Shown here piece by piece: positions 26,011-39,700 of a stretch of DNA of 64,000 nt. The DNA is from Dipteris shenzhenensis (lineage: Eukaryota): assembly GCA_047967505.1 (NCBI GenBank), contig CM106538.1; one strand, given 5' to 3'. Position numbers and translations under genes: made by a program. Below the pieces are notes generated by a model. The model searched no databases. It was not told the DNA's origin and saw only the letters and a list, made by a program, of their open reading frames with translations. Every line of letters begins with the position of its first letter. The first letter of the stretch is position 1.

Positions 26011-26069
26011 GCGATAAATATTTTTAATTTTAATTTTGTGTGGGTATTTGTATATTTGTATTGTGTAAG

Positions 26070-26110
26070 GCAGAGAGTGTGTGAGAGAGATAGATAGCAA
26101 TTAGAGCGTG

Positions 26111-26156
<46 letters not shown>

Positions 26157-26198
26157 AGAGTACAATAAGTGACACAAATAATGCACCTGGCCGTATGA

Positions 26199-26239
<41 letters not shown>

Positions 26240-26771
26240 AGTCAGGGACACAAAGGGAGGGAAAGAGATGAGGGAGGGGGAGGGATACAAAGGGAGACAG
26301 AGAGAGTTAAGATTGCATTTATTCATTTGCACCTCTAAGTTGAGAAAGAGAAAAATATGGAAGTTAATTAAGGTCTTTGAGAGACTAAGAGATTGAAAAA
26401 AAACCCAGATACAACTGATCCAAAGGGTGGATCTGCTAATAGAATACAAAAAGTGTATACATAAAACCAATGTCCATGACAATGGAGATGGGGACAGAAA
26501 GAGGGAGATGGAGAGTGGGATAGAGAGAGAGAGAGATAGAGAATGGGAAGAGAGAGAGAGTTAAGATTGCATTTATTCATTTGCACCTCTAAGTTGAGAA
26601 CGAGAAAAATAAGAAAATTAAGGTCTTTGAGAGACTATGAGATTGAAAAAAAACCAAGATACAACTGATCCAAAGGGTGGAGCCGCTAACAAAATACAAA
26701 AAGTGTATATGTAAAATCAATTTCCATGACATAGATAGCTAAGGGCAACATGGCAACAAGATGATCATCGG

Positions 26772-26804
<33 letters not shown>

Positions 26805-26970
26805 CAAATAGGGACACAAAGGGAGGGAAAGAGATAGAGAGACAGAGAGAGAGCAAGGGAGAGGAGGGGAGCAAGAGAGAGAGAGAGAGAGAGAAAGAGC
26901 AATGAGGGACACAAAGGAAGGGAAAGAAAGAAAGATATATTAACATCCTCGGAAGACCTTATGGGTCTAT

Positions 26971-27028
<58 letters not shown>

Positions 27029-27108
27029 TAGCTAAGGGCAATGAGAGAGAGAGAGAGAGAGAGTGAGTGAGAGAGAGGAGAGGGAGATAGCTAAGGGGGG
27101 AGAGAGAG

Positions 27109-27165
<57 letters not shown>
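26070..27165. repeat. (GA)n-rich microsatellite region with an internal duplication of about 260-bp period
   Basis: Long GA runs. gagagagttaagattgcatttattcatttgcacctctaagttgagaa occurs at about 26300 and 26555. Confidence 0.95.
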
Positions 27166-27166
<1 letters not shown>

Positions 27167-28435
27167 TCCAAAGAAAAAACAATAAATATAAAAATATTAT
27201 AATTAAGAGCATTTTTAAGGGCAATGCCCATTTATAAAGTACACTTCTAAGATCATTTTCACATTTTCAGTTTCCCACTCTTGAGTAACCTTGCATTCCA
27301 TAGCCTCCTCTTTCATCTTCTCGAGCATCCTCCTACACTCATGGCTTCCCCTAGAGAGGCTTTTGACCAATGGATTTCATCCACTGATTCCCATGCCTCT
27401 ACAGATTAGGTTTATCCTATCTTCTACAAGGCATTCCATCTTGAGTCTCTCTCCTTCCTACTGATAATCCCTCTCTTCAATTTTTTGATAGACTTATCCA
27501 TGGGCAATCTATCGCAATTGCTAGCTCCCCTCGCCAATGGGTTTCATTGGATATTTTGACCTCTTTTGATGAGAGTGCTAACTTCAAGAAGACACTAGGT
27601 AGGGCCATGGATAATGTCCCTATCTCTCTTCGTGAGTACACTATTCCCATTACCATTCTCCTTGCGACTAGCAAGTTTGATGAGAATGTTGGCAAGCAGC
27701 TCGAGGGTCCTGCATCCACGTGGTGGAGGAGGTCCATCAACAAGTGGTGGAGGAGATGACCTAAACCTAGACTTGGAGCCTGAGAAGCATATTATTAGCC
27801 TAGTTGAGGAGCAAGTTGAAAGCGAGGTCATCTTATCTTCATATCCGACTCATGCATATCCATCCTCTACCTATAATCCAAATGAGGCAGCAACCAAGCC
27901 ACACCTTGTTTCGGTTGATCAATCGAGATTGAGGGTGAGGAATACCTTACCCTATTGGAAGTGTGAGAAGAAATCATCTCCGAGAGGATGAGGTGCTATG
28001 TCGGCTCTCGAATGACACTTTTGATGATGTCATTGACTTTGATGCTCCAATCAATCTCGATGAGATTGCACGCTTTGATGATTCGAGCCCCACCGATCTG
28101 AAGGCAATCCAACTAACATAGAAGGCAATCGAGGATGCTGCACCAAAGTATGACATGTCCGATGAGCAGTTCATGAATTTGCAGAGGGAATTGTTCGGGG
28201 ACAGAGATGAAGAAGCTGGCACCTTAAGCCAACATGAAGTTCAAGACCAACCACAAAAGGGAGTCCAATTGGACACTGTATAGCTGACGCACTCCGCGAT
28301 GAGGCAGAAAAGGTATGTAGCTTTGCCAGCTTCATCATGTGATTCAAAATCATCAGTATAATTCTAGGTTCCATTTTAAGAACAAAAATCATTGCTTTTT
28401 CTTCAACTGGTAGGGAATAAAAAATAGTGTTTTAG

Positions 28436-28720
28436 CAGCCCCTCTGGTGGGGGTTCAAGGGCGAGAGCCCTTGAGGCGACAATACAAGGAATATTCCTTG
28501 ACTATTCCATGGATGACTAGTCGGTTCCACTGACTAGGTTGACTAGTCGGGTCCACTAACTAGGTTGACTAGGTTGACTGGTCAGCCCCATCAACTATGT
28601 TGATCCGACTACTGCCCTCATAGCTATAAAGAGGCGACCTTCCCAATCCATTGAATCAGATCCATCAGATCATATCAGATCTTCTAGCAAGAAGTTACGA
28701 GACCAACCACATAACCCCAT
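28436..28720 (+). mobile_element. LTR fragment of the same Copia family as 41058-41453, in the opposite orientation
   Basis: 28436-28618 is the reverse complement of about 41058-41230 (gactagtc/gactaggtt subrepeats, ggaatattcc). It continues into a TATA-like ctataaag. Confidence 0.8.
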
Positions 28721-29004
28721 GCCATGCGTGGTCATGGAGCAAAGCCATATAAGGGTATATAAGAGTCTAGATAGTATAAATTAAATGCCACCCATTAGGG
28801 AGCAGCATAGGAGAGGTTTAACCTAAGCAACAAATTATTAAAAGTAAAAAATGAACACAAGCAAAGCTTTAACATATTAGTAAGTAAATAACTAAATATT
28901 CTTAAATGTAGGTACTAATATTCTTAGATAACGCTTGTAAGTCTTATAATTGTAAAAATCATAAAAGTGTAACTAAAGGGGAAGAGTAGTTTGGGGTTGG
29001 GGGG

Positions 29005-29596
29005 TGTTATAGGAAACCTAGAAAAGTGGTGAATGTATGCATATAACAAGGGGGAATATTAAAAATATTAATTAGTGTTGTCTCTGTGCCAACATGGACT
29101 TAGGTAGCACAGAATGTGTGTGTAGAGAGTAGCGGCAAAACTCTGCTTTTACTTGCATAAGGCTTAGAATAATCTCTCTTACGAATCCTCAACATGCATG
29201 CTCTACATGCAAGCCCTACATGATGCAAGTTCTACATGCGAGTTCTACATGCAACTCCTACATGTGAGTTCTACATGCAAGTCCTACATGCAACGTGCAA
29301 CTCCTACATGCAACATGCAATTCCTACATGCAACTTGCAACTCCTACATGCAACTTCTATATGCAATTTCTACATGTAGAGAGAGAATGTCTTCCAATTC
29401 CTACATGCTTACCACACTTAAGCCTATGTCTCTCATCGGAATACGATCTGAGGTCCTAAGCTACACTTATACTACAAATGACAACATTGATATATTTCTA
29501 GGTGACAAAAAGCCTCGGAACCCTGCATAATACTGAGAATACCCTGCTCTTCCCGTGGAAGCTGTGGGAAAGAGCCAACATTTGGTGCCGCTGTCA
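29005..29596 (+). mobile_element. Athila-like LTR (29005-29580) with tRNA-Asp-like PBS
   Basis: TGTT...AACA ends, followed by TGGTGCCGCTGTC at 29583. It shares tgtgtgtaga..gtagcgRcaaa with the LTR at 40524 and has an internal ctacatgcaa tandem array. Confidence 0.7.
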
Positions 29597-30539
29597 AGTA
29601 TAACTTAGGCATGTGTAAGCATGTTTGAAGAAAAAGACCACCATGAAGTATTACACTCAAACCACTCAAGGGCTAGGAGAGCTAAAATACTTCCAACTCT
29701 AGCCAAAGATAGTAATTCCTAGTAAGAAGCATTACTTATCGACTTAGGATTTACATGTTTTGTTATCAAACAGCCACTTAAAGAAAAAAAAAATTAGGCT
29801 ATGTGATGGATTTTCATGTGTAGACTTGAAATTTTGAACATTTTTTCTTTTTATAGAAAAGCATTTTGACATATCCACAAAAAGTTATGGTCAATGAAAG
29901 GATAATTGTCCCTAACCCCTACCCACAAAAGAAAAAATTGAAATCACCCCCCTATCCAAACGTGGATAATTCCAATGGTTCACAATAGTTGACTAATTCC
30001 CCTCTCTCACCTCCACCTCCATAAAAGTGCACACATCCCCCTCATTCTCCATCCTCCACATTGAGCTTTCATCCTCTTCCAAATTCGAAGCCCCACACAA
30101 GACCTTCCTCCCTCTCCATCGACCACCACCCTACTCCCATCCTCACACAGTGAGTTATTTCGAGCCCCTCTCGTTGGCGATGACCCATCCACCATCCATT
30201 ATCTTCCTCGACAATCCTAAAACATCAAGAGAGTATTGAAGGAAGCGATTGAAAGTGATCATCTCCCCTTCTCTCTTTATTTTCTGTCATTTTTTATTTC
30301 TGTCATTTGAGCTTTTTGTCAAGTTTTCATTTCTCTCAACCCCCTTCTTCCACTCTCGCATCTCTCTTCTCCCCATTTCCGTTCCATGCTCCCTCTCCCC
30401 TTTTCTAAACTCTCTCCCTCCTCACATACTCTCCCCTTTTCCCACATATTTTCCCCCTCTCTATCTTCCACACTTCTCTCTTGCACTCCCTCTTCACTTC
30501 CTCTCCTCTCACCATGGCAACCTCTGTCTCCCTGATGTG

Positions 30540-31396
30540 TAGTCTCCATATGATCTAACCCGGTGTAGATATGCGATGGTCTAAAAGGCTGCATCTAGCT
30601 GGAGTGGAGAAACACCAAACTTGGCATGAATGATGTGATGTGGTATAGACGGTTTCCCCCGGATCATCCGTGAGAGCATGAGGATCTACAAGCACTCCAC
30701 CCATGTCCACTCTATTCTGACATGTCAGGCCCCCAACAAGGGCTACCATACATACCGGCTGGTCGAACCAAGGAGTCGAAGAGAAGAGCCTTGGTTCGGG
30801 GTCTTGGAAGTGGGAGTGAAAGCATTGTCTCTCTAGTCGAGTCAGTGAGGCGTATCCCCTACTTAGTCTGGCCTGCATCGCTGGCCTCATCATGAAGATC
30901 GGGCCGGAGAAGATGACCCCCAAGTAAGTGTATGAGGATACGATCTCAATTGGTGACCCACCGAAGTAAAAGTAACTTGCTTCCGTTGCATGTTTGCTCG
31001 AGAGGTGTTAAAGATCATGACCTTGGTCTTGCCAAGGTTGACCTCCAAATCATGGGATAAACAAAAAGCATGCAGTGCATCCAGGTGTCACTGGAGCCCC
31101 TCGAGTGTGGACGACAAGAGTGCCACATCATCTGCATAAAGAAGAATCCTGATGACGATCCTGGCAAGTTAGCAACTGGTCCCTCCGAACGCCCCTATGA
31201 AAGTCTCAAGCTCATCAATGTAGAGGCCAAATAGGGTCGGTGATAAGGGACAACCCTGTTTGACCCCTATGGTACTCAGGATCTCATCTATCCAACCTGC
31301 GCCTGTTCGAACTCAGCCTGAGACTCTCTCATACGATGCCATGACTACCCAGATGATCTCCTGATCAAATCCCACTGTCTGTAGGCATGTGATGAG
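30540..31396 (-). mobile_element. Non-LTR retrotransposon (RTE-like) reverse transcriptase fragment
   Basis: GVKQGCPLSPTLFGLYIDELE, ILLYADDVALLS, LDALHAFC..DLEVNLGKTKVMIFN. Confidence 0.9.
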
Positions 31397-34329
31397 AAAA
31401 TACAAACTATTATGTTTCTTACTTAATGCTTGCTACATTTGAAGATTGACAATCGATGTACCAATTGCGTTTATAATAGGGAAACTCTAAAAACTAAGGT
31501 CTTTTTGGCATTCTTCATGAAAGATGAAGAAGGATTGGGACATGAGAAGTGATGCAATCGACCTTGTTGTTGAGATAGAAACATAATATCACTAGGGTTC
31601 TAGTAGGCATTTATGAAGGCATAGAAGGAGTTGCTCAGCCTTCATCTTCCCCAGGGAACGAGAAATATGGGCATCCTTGGAAAGGGGAGCGATTTGTGTG
31701 TAGAAGGAGCGTCAAATTGTTCAGCTTTATTTTTTGAATTTGATCATTGTTTTTTAGAGGGCACTATCATCTGAAAGGATTTGGCGTATTATATTATCCC
31801 AAGTGGAGGTACCTATGGATTGTGTAGAGACCAACATGTATAAATATCTCTCAACGGAATGAAGCTTCGACTCTTTGGGGTTCAGTGTTCAAGCTCACTA
31901 TTGTGTTCATGTGATTGATCTTCACTGCGTCCATGCTCTCTTACACTATCGTGTTCTAGCATGCCCTTACCCTTGCACTCTCTACCCTTGTACTCCCTCC
32001 TCCTCCTCCCTCCTCCCTCCTCCTCCTCCTCCTCCCTCCTCCTCCTCCCTCCTCCTTCCTCCTCCCTCCTCCTCCTCCCTCCTCCTTCTCCTCCCTCCTC
32101 CTCCTCCTCCTCCTCCTCCCTCTCCCTCCCTCCTCCTCCACTCTCATCCCTCTTCCTCCTCCTTCCTTGGACCTCCTCCTCAACCCTTACCCCTCGAATC
32201 TACAAAGGAGACTAGCTCTCCACTCCTCAACCTTGGACTCCTCCTTAACCCTGCAACCCCCTCTGAACCCTAGAACTCCTAGTTAGTTCTCTCAACCCTG
32301 TCCCCCTTTGAACCCTGAAATCCCCTTAACCCTTGAACTCCCGTGGAGGCGAGAGCCTGCATCAATTGTTATAATCAAGCCCTCTTTCTCATTCACATGT
32401 GCATGAGATCTAGTTTCCACACTTTAGCCTACACCCCTCTCCGGAACATGACCCGAGAACCTATGCTACACTTGTGAACACCTATGCTACAATGAGCAAC
32501 GACACAACTGTAGGTGACCAACACCCTCGGAACCTACATTTGAGTAAAACAGAGACAACATTTGGCACCGATGCCAGGGAGGTTAGCGCTTGAAGTGAAA
32601 GCGGAGCATGTGCTTGCATGTGTGAAAAAAGAACCCCATACGAAAAACCATTCAAGATACATCCCTCAAGGCAAAGGAGTGAAAAAGTGCTTCCCAATGA
32701 TGCAAAAGGATAATGTTAAGATACAAAATCACATCAATACAGTAAACACCCAAAATTAACCCTTAATCCCTCCACATCGTATAAAAGCAATACCAACCCC
32801 CCACATTTCTTTCCCCACACTTTTGCTAGCCACTTCCTTCTCCAAATTCCGTTAAGCCTTCAAAATTTCCATCTTTCTCTATTTTCCATCCTCCAATTTC
32901 TTGCGAATGACTAGCCCACCAAAGGAGGCCATAAGGCCCTCCTTTCCAAAACTCCCCCCCCCCCCTCATTTCACAAACCTCGCCTCTTGGGGCCTCTTGC
33001 ATCTCCGACGCCCCCCCCCCAAAAAAAAAAAAAAAACCTAAGCCGTCATCGCCGCCGTCGACACCCTCCCCCCCTCAAGAAAAAAAAAAAAAAAAGGGGT
33101 TAAACTAATCCCAAAAACTAACTGTAGGTTAGGTTAGTTGAACTTAGGTTAGAATAATTGACCCTAGGTTAGGTTAATTGACCATAGTTGCTCATACATT
33201 AGGTTAACTGACCATAGGGTTAGATTAAGTTAACTGTGTATCAGTTATAGTAACTAAGTTTAGCTAGTTGGGCTAATTACAGTCACACTAACTGATATAA
33301 TTAGATAGCTAGGTTAGGTTAAGGATTAGTACAATACTTAAGTCTCAACTAACTAGCAGTTAGATCACAACCATAGTTAGGTCAAAGGTCTAGGACCATT
33401 CACACTTAGACCTAAGGACAAAAAGGCCCCTAAAATCCCCTAACTTTGAGGGTCCATATCTTGCCTGTTTGGGACCCGAATTTGACCCCGATTGAGCCAC
33501 AACTTCACACATGAAACCATTGAGATATGAGAAATTTTTCTAGCCAATCCCACACCATTTTAGGCATCCATATCACTCGTCAATTTGCGCCCCCGTGTGG
33601 GCCCCTTTTTCGCACTAATTGGCTCATAAGATTCGGCCGAGACCTCCGATTGACAATCCGTCTGCACCGGCACATTTTCCCACTCACGTAGAACAATCCT
33701 AGGCACATTTTTAATGTGATGGTCCCTATGATACTAATGCATCTCCAACCCCCTAACCATTTATTCCTTCTTTGGGAGCCCATATCACGGCCGTTTAAAG
33801 ACCAAATTGCACCTGGATTGAACCCAAATTTCATGCATGTAAAGATCTATTGTAAATGAAGTTTTTCAAAGTGTTTAACCATCAATTTTGGGCTCCGGTA
33901 GTTGCCTCACATAGGCACTGGTTTCGACCCGTCGTTTGCTTATTTTTGACCATTTTCGGGTGCATGAAGGTCAAAATCATAATCGGACTTTGTAGTCATA
34001 TGCACCCACCTGAAAGTCACAAATAGGACTTGTTTATGCACCTCATATATGGATGAAGACTAGCCCCTGCATACTTTTGTGAGCTTTCTTCAGCCCTTGA
34101 CACTCTTCAAGAATTCAACCTCTCACCATCGACAAGTAGCATGGAGGAAATCACAATTGAAGAAGCAATAACTAGCAACGAGCAAAGTCAGAACACCTTA
34201 AAGAACGACGCAACCGCAACAACAACAACAATGGTAGATGGCACTTTGGTAAATTGGAAATGCCAAAGTACAATGGATGAGGGGACCTTGTCAGGTTCCT
34301 TCAACTCTTCGATGCCGCATGTGTTGCTG

Positions 34330-34900
34330 GAGGTGACCAGTCAAATGAAACCAAAGCTGCTTGGTTCCCGATGGCCCTAATCAGTGAAGCTTTGGAATGG
34401 TACCTCGACCTTCTCGTAGAGGAGAGAGCCACATGGGAGTTGCTATCTGACCAGTTTTTAGAAGAAGATTCTAAATAGAAAGGCTGCAAGATGACCCTGC
34501 ATTACAACTCAGCAATATAGATATGCACAAGAAAGAAAAGGTCAGAACATACTTGGGAAGAATGAAAAGATTAATAGCAAAATGTGATCCGTGTCTGGAC
34601 AATAAGTACCTCATAGCTTGGTTCATCTCTGACCTGAAAAAATCCATTTGCAAGGATATGAAAAAAGTCAACAGCTATGCACATTTCAGTGATGCTCATG
34701 AAGCTGCAATTGACATTTGAGGATGGCATGACCAATTCTGATAGCAACAGTGATGGCTATAAATCAAGTCATCATGACAAGAAATCTTCAAAGAAGGGAA
34801 GCACTTCCCACAAAGATTGCACCAACGAAGATAGAGTGGAAGCCATGGCCCTAAGAGTAAAAGAAGAAATGATACAAGCCATCGAGCAAAAGTTTTCCAC
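34330..34900 (+). pseudogene. gag fragment of element 1
   Basis: LISEALEWYLDL...TWELLSDQFLEE and EKVRTYLGRMKRLIAKC, resembling a retrotransposon gag core. Confidence 0.7.
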
Positions 34901-34904
34901 TGGG

Positions 34905-36315
34905 CACAAAGTTTTCATTGCCGATCACATGTCACAATTGAGGACAAGAGAAGAGCCAAAAGGAATAGAAGATGATCTACCAAATGCTGCATTATTTCAA
35001 ATAGATGCTATGCCTAATTGGTATGCAGACATCATTGGGTATTAAATGGCAGGAATACCACTTCCTAAAATGAAAGTAGTGGATGCTAGGAAACTAATTC
35101 TAAAAGCTGCACCCTATCAACTCATTTCAAGACAACTATACAAGATGGGCAAGGACTAGGTTTTAAGGAGATGTGTGATGCCACATGAGATCATGCCAAT
35201 CCTTAGTGAAGCACATGAAGGCATTACAAGTGGACATTTCCAAGGGGAAGAAACAGTAAGAAAAGTCCTTCTCGCAGGATACTAGTGGCCAATACTTTGG
35301 TCGGATGCCTATGAATATGTCAAAAGCTATGACGTATGCCAACGAACTTCTAAACCACAACACAAAGACTTCAATCCCCTAACAACAGTCGTTGCACAAA
35401 ACCCTTTGAAAAATAGGGGATTGATTTTGTGGGTCCCATCCATCCAGCAACAAAAGGAACACAGGCATACTACATAATTGTGGCCACATATTACTTTACT
35501 AAGTGGGTTGAAGCTAAAGCTATCAAAAAGGCAGATGCCAAAAGCACAACAAGGTTCTTGTACGAGAATGTGATCACCCAATTTGGATGTCCCATTGAAA
35601 TTGTGTCAGATAGAGCACACATTTTGTCAATGAGGTCATCCAAGAACTCTTGTCTGGCTTTATGGTGATCCATAGAAAGAGCACACATTACTACCCCCAA
35701 GGGAATGGACTGGTCGAATCCACCAACAAAATTCTATGTATTGTCCTCACCAAGGTAGTAGAACCAAAGCGTTCTGATTGGGCAAATAAACGAAATGCAG
35801 CCTTATGGGCATATAGAACCACACTTAAGGTCAGTACAGGAAATACACCTTTTCAATTGGTGTACGGCCTTAAAGTTGTGGTCCCACTGGAATTTGTAAT
35901 ACCTAGTCTATGCATAGCAGTACAAGAACATATGGGAGATCATGAATCACTGAAAGAAAGACTCTACCAATTAGAGAAGCATACAGAGACCAGATTACTT
36001 GCCTACCATGCCATGACAACAAAAAAATGAAGAAGGAAGGCATGGTTTGATAGAAACCTCAAAGACAAAGACATCAAGGAAGGTGACCTGGTTCTACTGT
36101 ACAATACCAAAGTCCATAAGGGCAAGCTCAAATTTCTAGGTCAAGGACCCTATAGAGTCAAAAAAATGAATCCCATCAGAGCTGTACTACTAGAAACAGT
36201 GGATGGAGTCCAGTTCACAACAACAATAAACGGGAGCTGACTAAAGCACTACTACATCAACATGCAAGCCATCCCTGACAATAATGAAGATTTGGGGGTC
36301 CTAAGTCTTCCATAG
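34905..36315 (+). pseudogene. Integrase of element 1
   Basis: ILSEAHEGITSGHF...DVCQR (HHCC), GIDFVGPI, FTKWVEAKAI, IVSDR, YYPQGNGLVE, ALWAYRTT, GPY. Confidence 0.95.
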
Positions 36316-36717
36316 TTAGGACTAGATTGTTTCACGAGCACTCACTATAGCATATGTATGCCTTCGCACATATAGGTAGTTTCAATTGATTTCAACCTAG
36401 GGCTCAGAGGTGATGATTGAGTCCTAGCTACCCTATGATTCCCTTAGCAAATTAAGCATATAGGAGGAATGCCTACCTCACTAGTCATGCATAGTGCACC
36501 CACACATTTCGAGCACCATGAATAAATTGCACAAATAAAAGCCCCAAGAGATACTTGTTTTAAATCCACACACACAACACCCTCATCACAAAAAGACTAA
36601 TATACATTAGCCACTCACAAAAGAAACATGCACTCTTGGCACATGGGACTATATTGGCACTATCAAATTGGGACCTAATTCATGTGTGCAATGCCAGGGT
36701 GAAGACAGTCCAATAAG

Positions 36718-39700
36718 ATGGGAAAAAGGTCTACAATGCCATCGGCAAAGAGACACCATGCCAAATGGCCTAAGCCTCAACCTCAACAGCCCTCCTCAAA
36801 TCACCAACCTAAAGAAGGACACAGCGTAGAATCACCTTCCCAGAGGTCAGCACCAAATGACCACGGCTAGTGGTTTTGGACAATGATATTGATGAGCAAA
36901 TAAATGCAACATGCCAAGAAGAAATGCCACAGAACCAAGGGATACTAGAGGCAGGAGAAATTGAGCTAAAGCAATTGACTATGCAGGATGCAGGGGTAGA
37001 ACACCTTGAGGACCAGACCAACAAAGATCTAGCAACAGATGGAACAATACAACTTGTATGGCCACGAGTCTCAATGTTTGCCATGTCACCCAATGCTTAC
37101 AACTTCTTGCAGTCAAAGGGACTAGGTAGTCTTTTTGAGAAGCTAAAATCCTTTTCACCAACACCTGCTATGACAGAATACATTTGTCAATTCATAACAT
37201 CATATAAAAGTAGAGAGTTGGAGAAAGATAAGTATGGAACAATAACATATAAAGAAAAGACCTTACAGATCTACCTCAGTAGGTCCACTATGCAGGAGGC
37301 TTTCTCATTTCTAGATGCACGAGAAGAATATCCAAAGAAACATTTGGATGCAAGGTTCTCTGAAATTTAGGATTTATTCCCACCTAACACAAAGTCACAA
37401 AGCGGGGGAATACGCCATGATACGATTCTGGACCCCATATGCAAAGAGACAGCTAAGTTTTTGGCTGACATTTCCAATCATTTAGGAGTGAGAAAAAACT
37501 ATATGTCAGTAAAAAATCTCACTCCTTGGTAGAGCAAAACTACAAGATTGGGTTCAACACATATCCTTGCTACTGCTAACCAATTATGTATCCGCCGCTA
37601 CCCATAATGGCAAAAGCTACATTTCCCATCTATTGGCCATAATAATTGGGTTTGCAATAGAGAAAGAGGATGACTCTACACCCCTCTCAACACAAGATAT
37701 AGAGGACTTTGAAGCATTGATATTATTGCCAGAATGGGAATTAGACCCTCCACCTACTTTCAATGAGGATAGAATGGAAGGGCAACAATCTGAACAGACT
37801 CTAGAGAATGACAATGTGGAACTCTGCCAAAGAACACTACAACTCAGTTTAGTCTTGCTCCCGCAACAAAAGGACTCGAGCATGGAGATCCACGAGGATA
37901 CCATTCCACATAATGACTTTGCAAGAGATCCGAATAGCATACCTCTCCAGGAATCACAAGTCACCAATGTTGACAACTCCACGACTCTAGAGTCACAACC
38001 CCCAAATGTCTCTAGTGGTACCATACAACAAACTGTTGTTCAAGACGTAGATCAAAATTCCACATGGGCACATGGGAATCAACTGTATGTCCAATACAAG
38101 CAAGGCCATAGCACATTCTAGATCATACAACATCATAGCCAACAGTTACAACAATGGTCTCAATTATTTGCTACCATGGTGTCAGATGAGCAAGAAAGAG
38201 AAATGGAAAGACAGATGCTCCCATCACTCCAATCCAAGTTGCAAAGTGCCGAGACTGAAATTATGAACCTCAAGGAAAGCATGGCAGAACAAATGCAGCA
38301 ACAACTCCTTGCACACAATGCTCTAGCAAAAAGTAGAAAGGATGCCCTACAAGCCACGGTTTCTCTTCAAGATAAACACCTAAAGCCACTTGTGATGATA
38401 TCAAGAAGGAATTGGTGCAATTAAATGAAAGATTACTACTTCAAGAGGATCAGCTCCATGCCACAGAGACACAAACAATGAGCTGCAAAACAATCTCAAA
38501 GAGGGTGAATGTCAAATTCAAGCACTAGAGAAGGAAGGCATGGCATCAAGGGAGATATTTGTGCACACCAAAGCATAACTGGACACTCAAGAACAAGAGA
38601 TACTCCAGCTCCACATGCTTAATGATCAATTTCCAGGGCATCCAAAAGCAGCTCAACAGTTTAATAGTCTAAAGCTTGCATACACCTCCACATTGGGTAA
38701 GTATAAAGATAAGTGCATAGAGTGGCAAAATCAAAAAGATATAATTTCCAAGTTGGAAATTCAACTACTGGGTCAAGCTGATGATGATGCAGAGGGGTCA
38801 GCACAAGATCTTTTGATACAAGGCATCACTACATTATACCAAGAGCTTGTTGCAGTTCTCCAGTAAGAGGATCACCTTGAAGGAAGAATACGCATACTCT
38901 GGAAACACTTGCAAATCAAAATGTTACATGCAGTATCTGGTCTTGATTGGACAAGACTAGTAAGCACAAATAATCTCCGAGATCTATGCCTGCACATGGA
39001 TGAAGATGAGAGGAATGTGTTCTGTCTCTTAGTGCATGCAAATCTCATACAGTTAAAGGCTGATGCAATACTACTATATGAATGCTTGATGGGAAGCCCC
39101 CCTCTTCGAGTAGTATCTGGACTCCTACCTTTATTGCAAAAATCACTAGCAACTTCCATGGGATACAACTCCCTGGAGAATCCAAAATTAAAGTTGTCAA
39201 TGCCTACCACAAGCGACAAGGATCTGCCAGAGGTATATGTGGTCTACGTTCAATCTAATCTCCCCTATTTTGCCACTCTCTATTCTGATCTACTCACATC
39301 CCTACCTAACTCCAGTACCATCCTCCATACCTTTCCAGAAATCCATGCTAATCCATATTCCTTGCCATGCCTCTTTGCCCATGCCTCTCAACACTATCAC
39401 CTAATCCAAGAATCTGACTCCTATAGTTACACCTAACTTTTTTCCAACACTTGACAATCCATCCCTTGAGGATTATCAAGTTGCTAAATCAATTTGTCCT
39501 TCTCTCCCTCCACTTTCCACCAACATCCCTACTTCTAACTTCTCGAATTCACTACTTGCTTTGACCTCAAGCTTTTCCCCTATAACTTCTTCCTCTCCCC
39601 CAAGACCACATGTTCCTCTGATCTCCCTTGAGTTTTCAATGGAAGACACCATTAATAATTCCATCAATGAGCTTCAAGAATTGGATAATCCAATTTGCTC

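Noticed and set aside
25869-27224. Several SLSLSL/ERERER ORFs (also 14447-15016)
   Set aside because: Artefacts of GA/CT microsatellites.
31875-32273. Pro/Ser-rich and Arg/Glu-rich ORFs
   Set aside because: Translations of a (CCT)n microsatellite within an LTR.
33120-33400. TTAGG-rich tract as a telomeric remnant
   Set aside because: Irregular, and located in the 5' leader of Gypsy element 1; simple low-complexity sequence.
36370-36440. Possible hammerhead ribozyme (TGATGA within a stem-loop)
   Set aside because: No CUGAUGA-stem-GAAA core in the right order on either strand; kept only as a hairpin.
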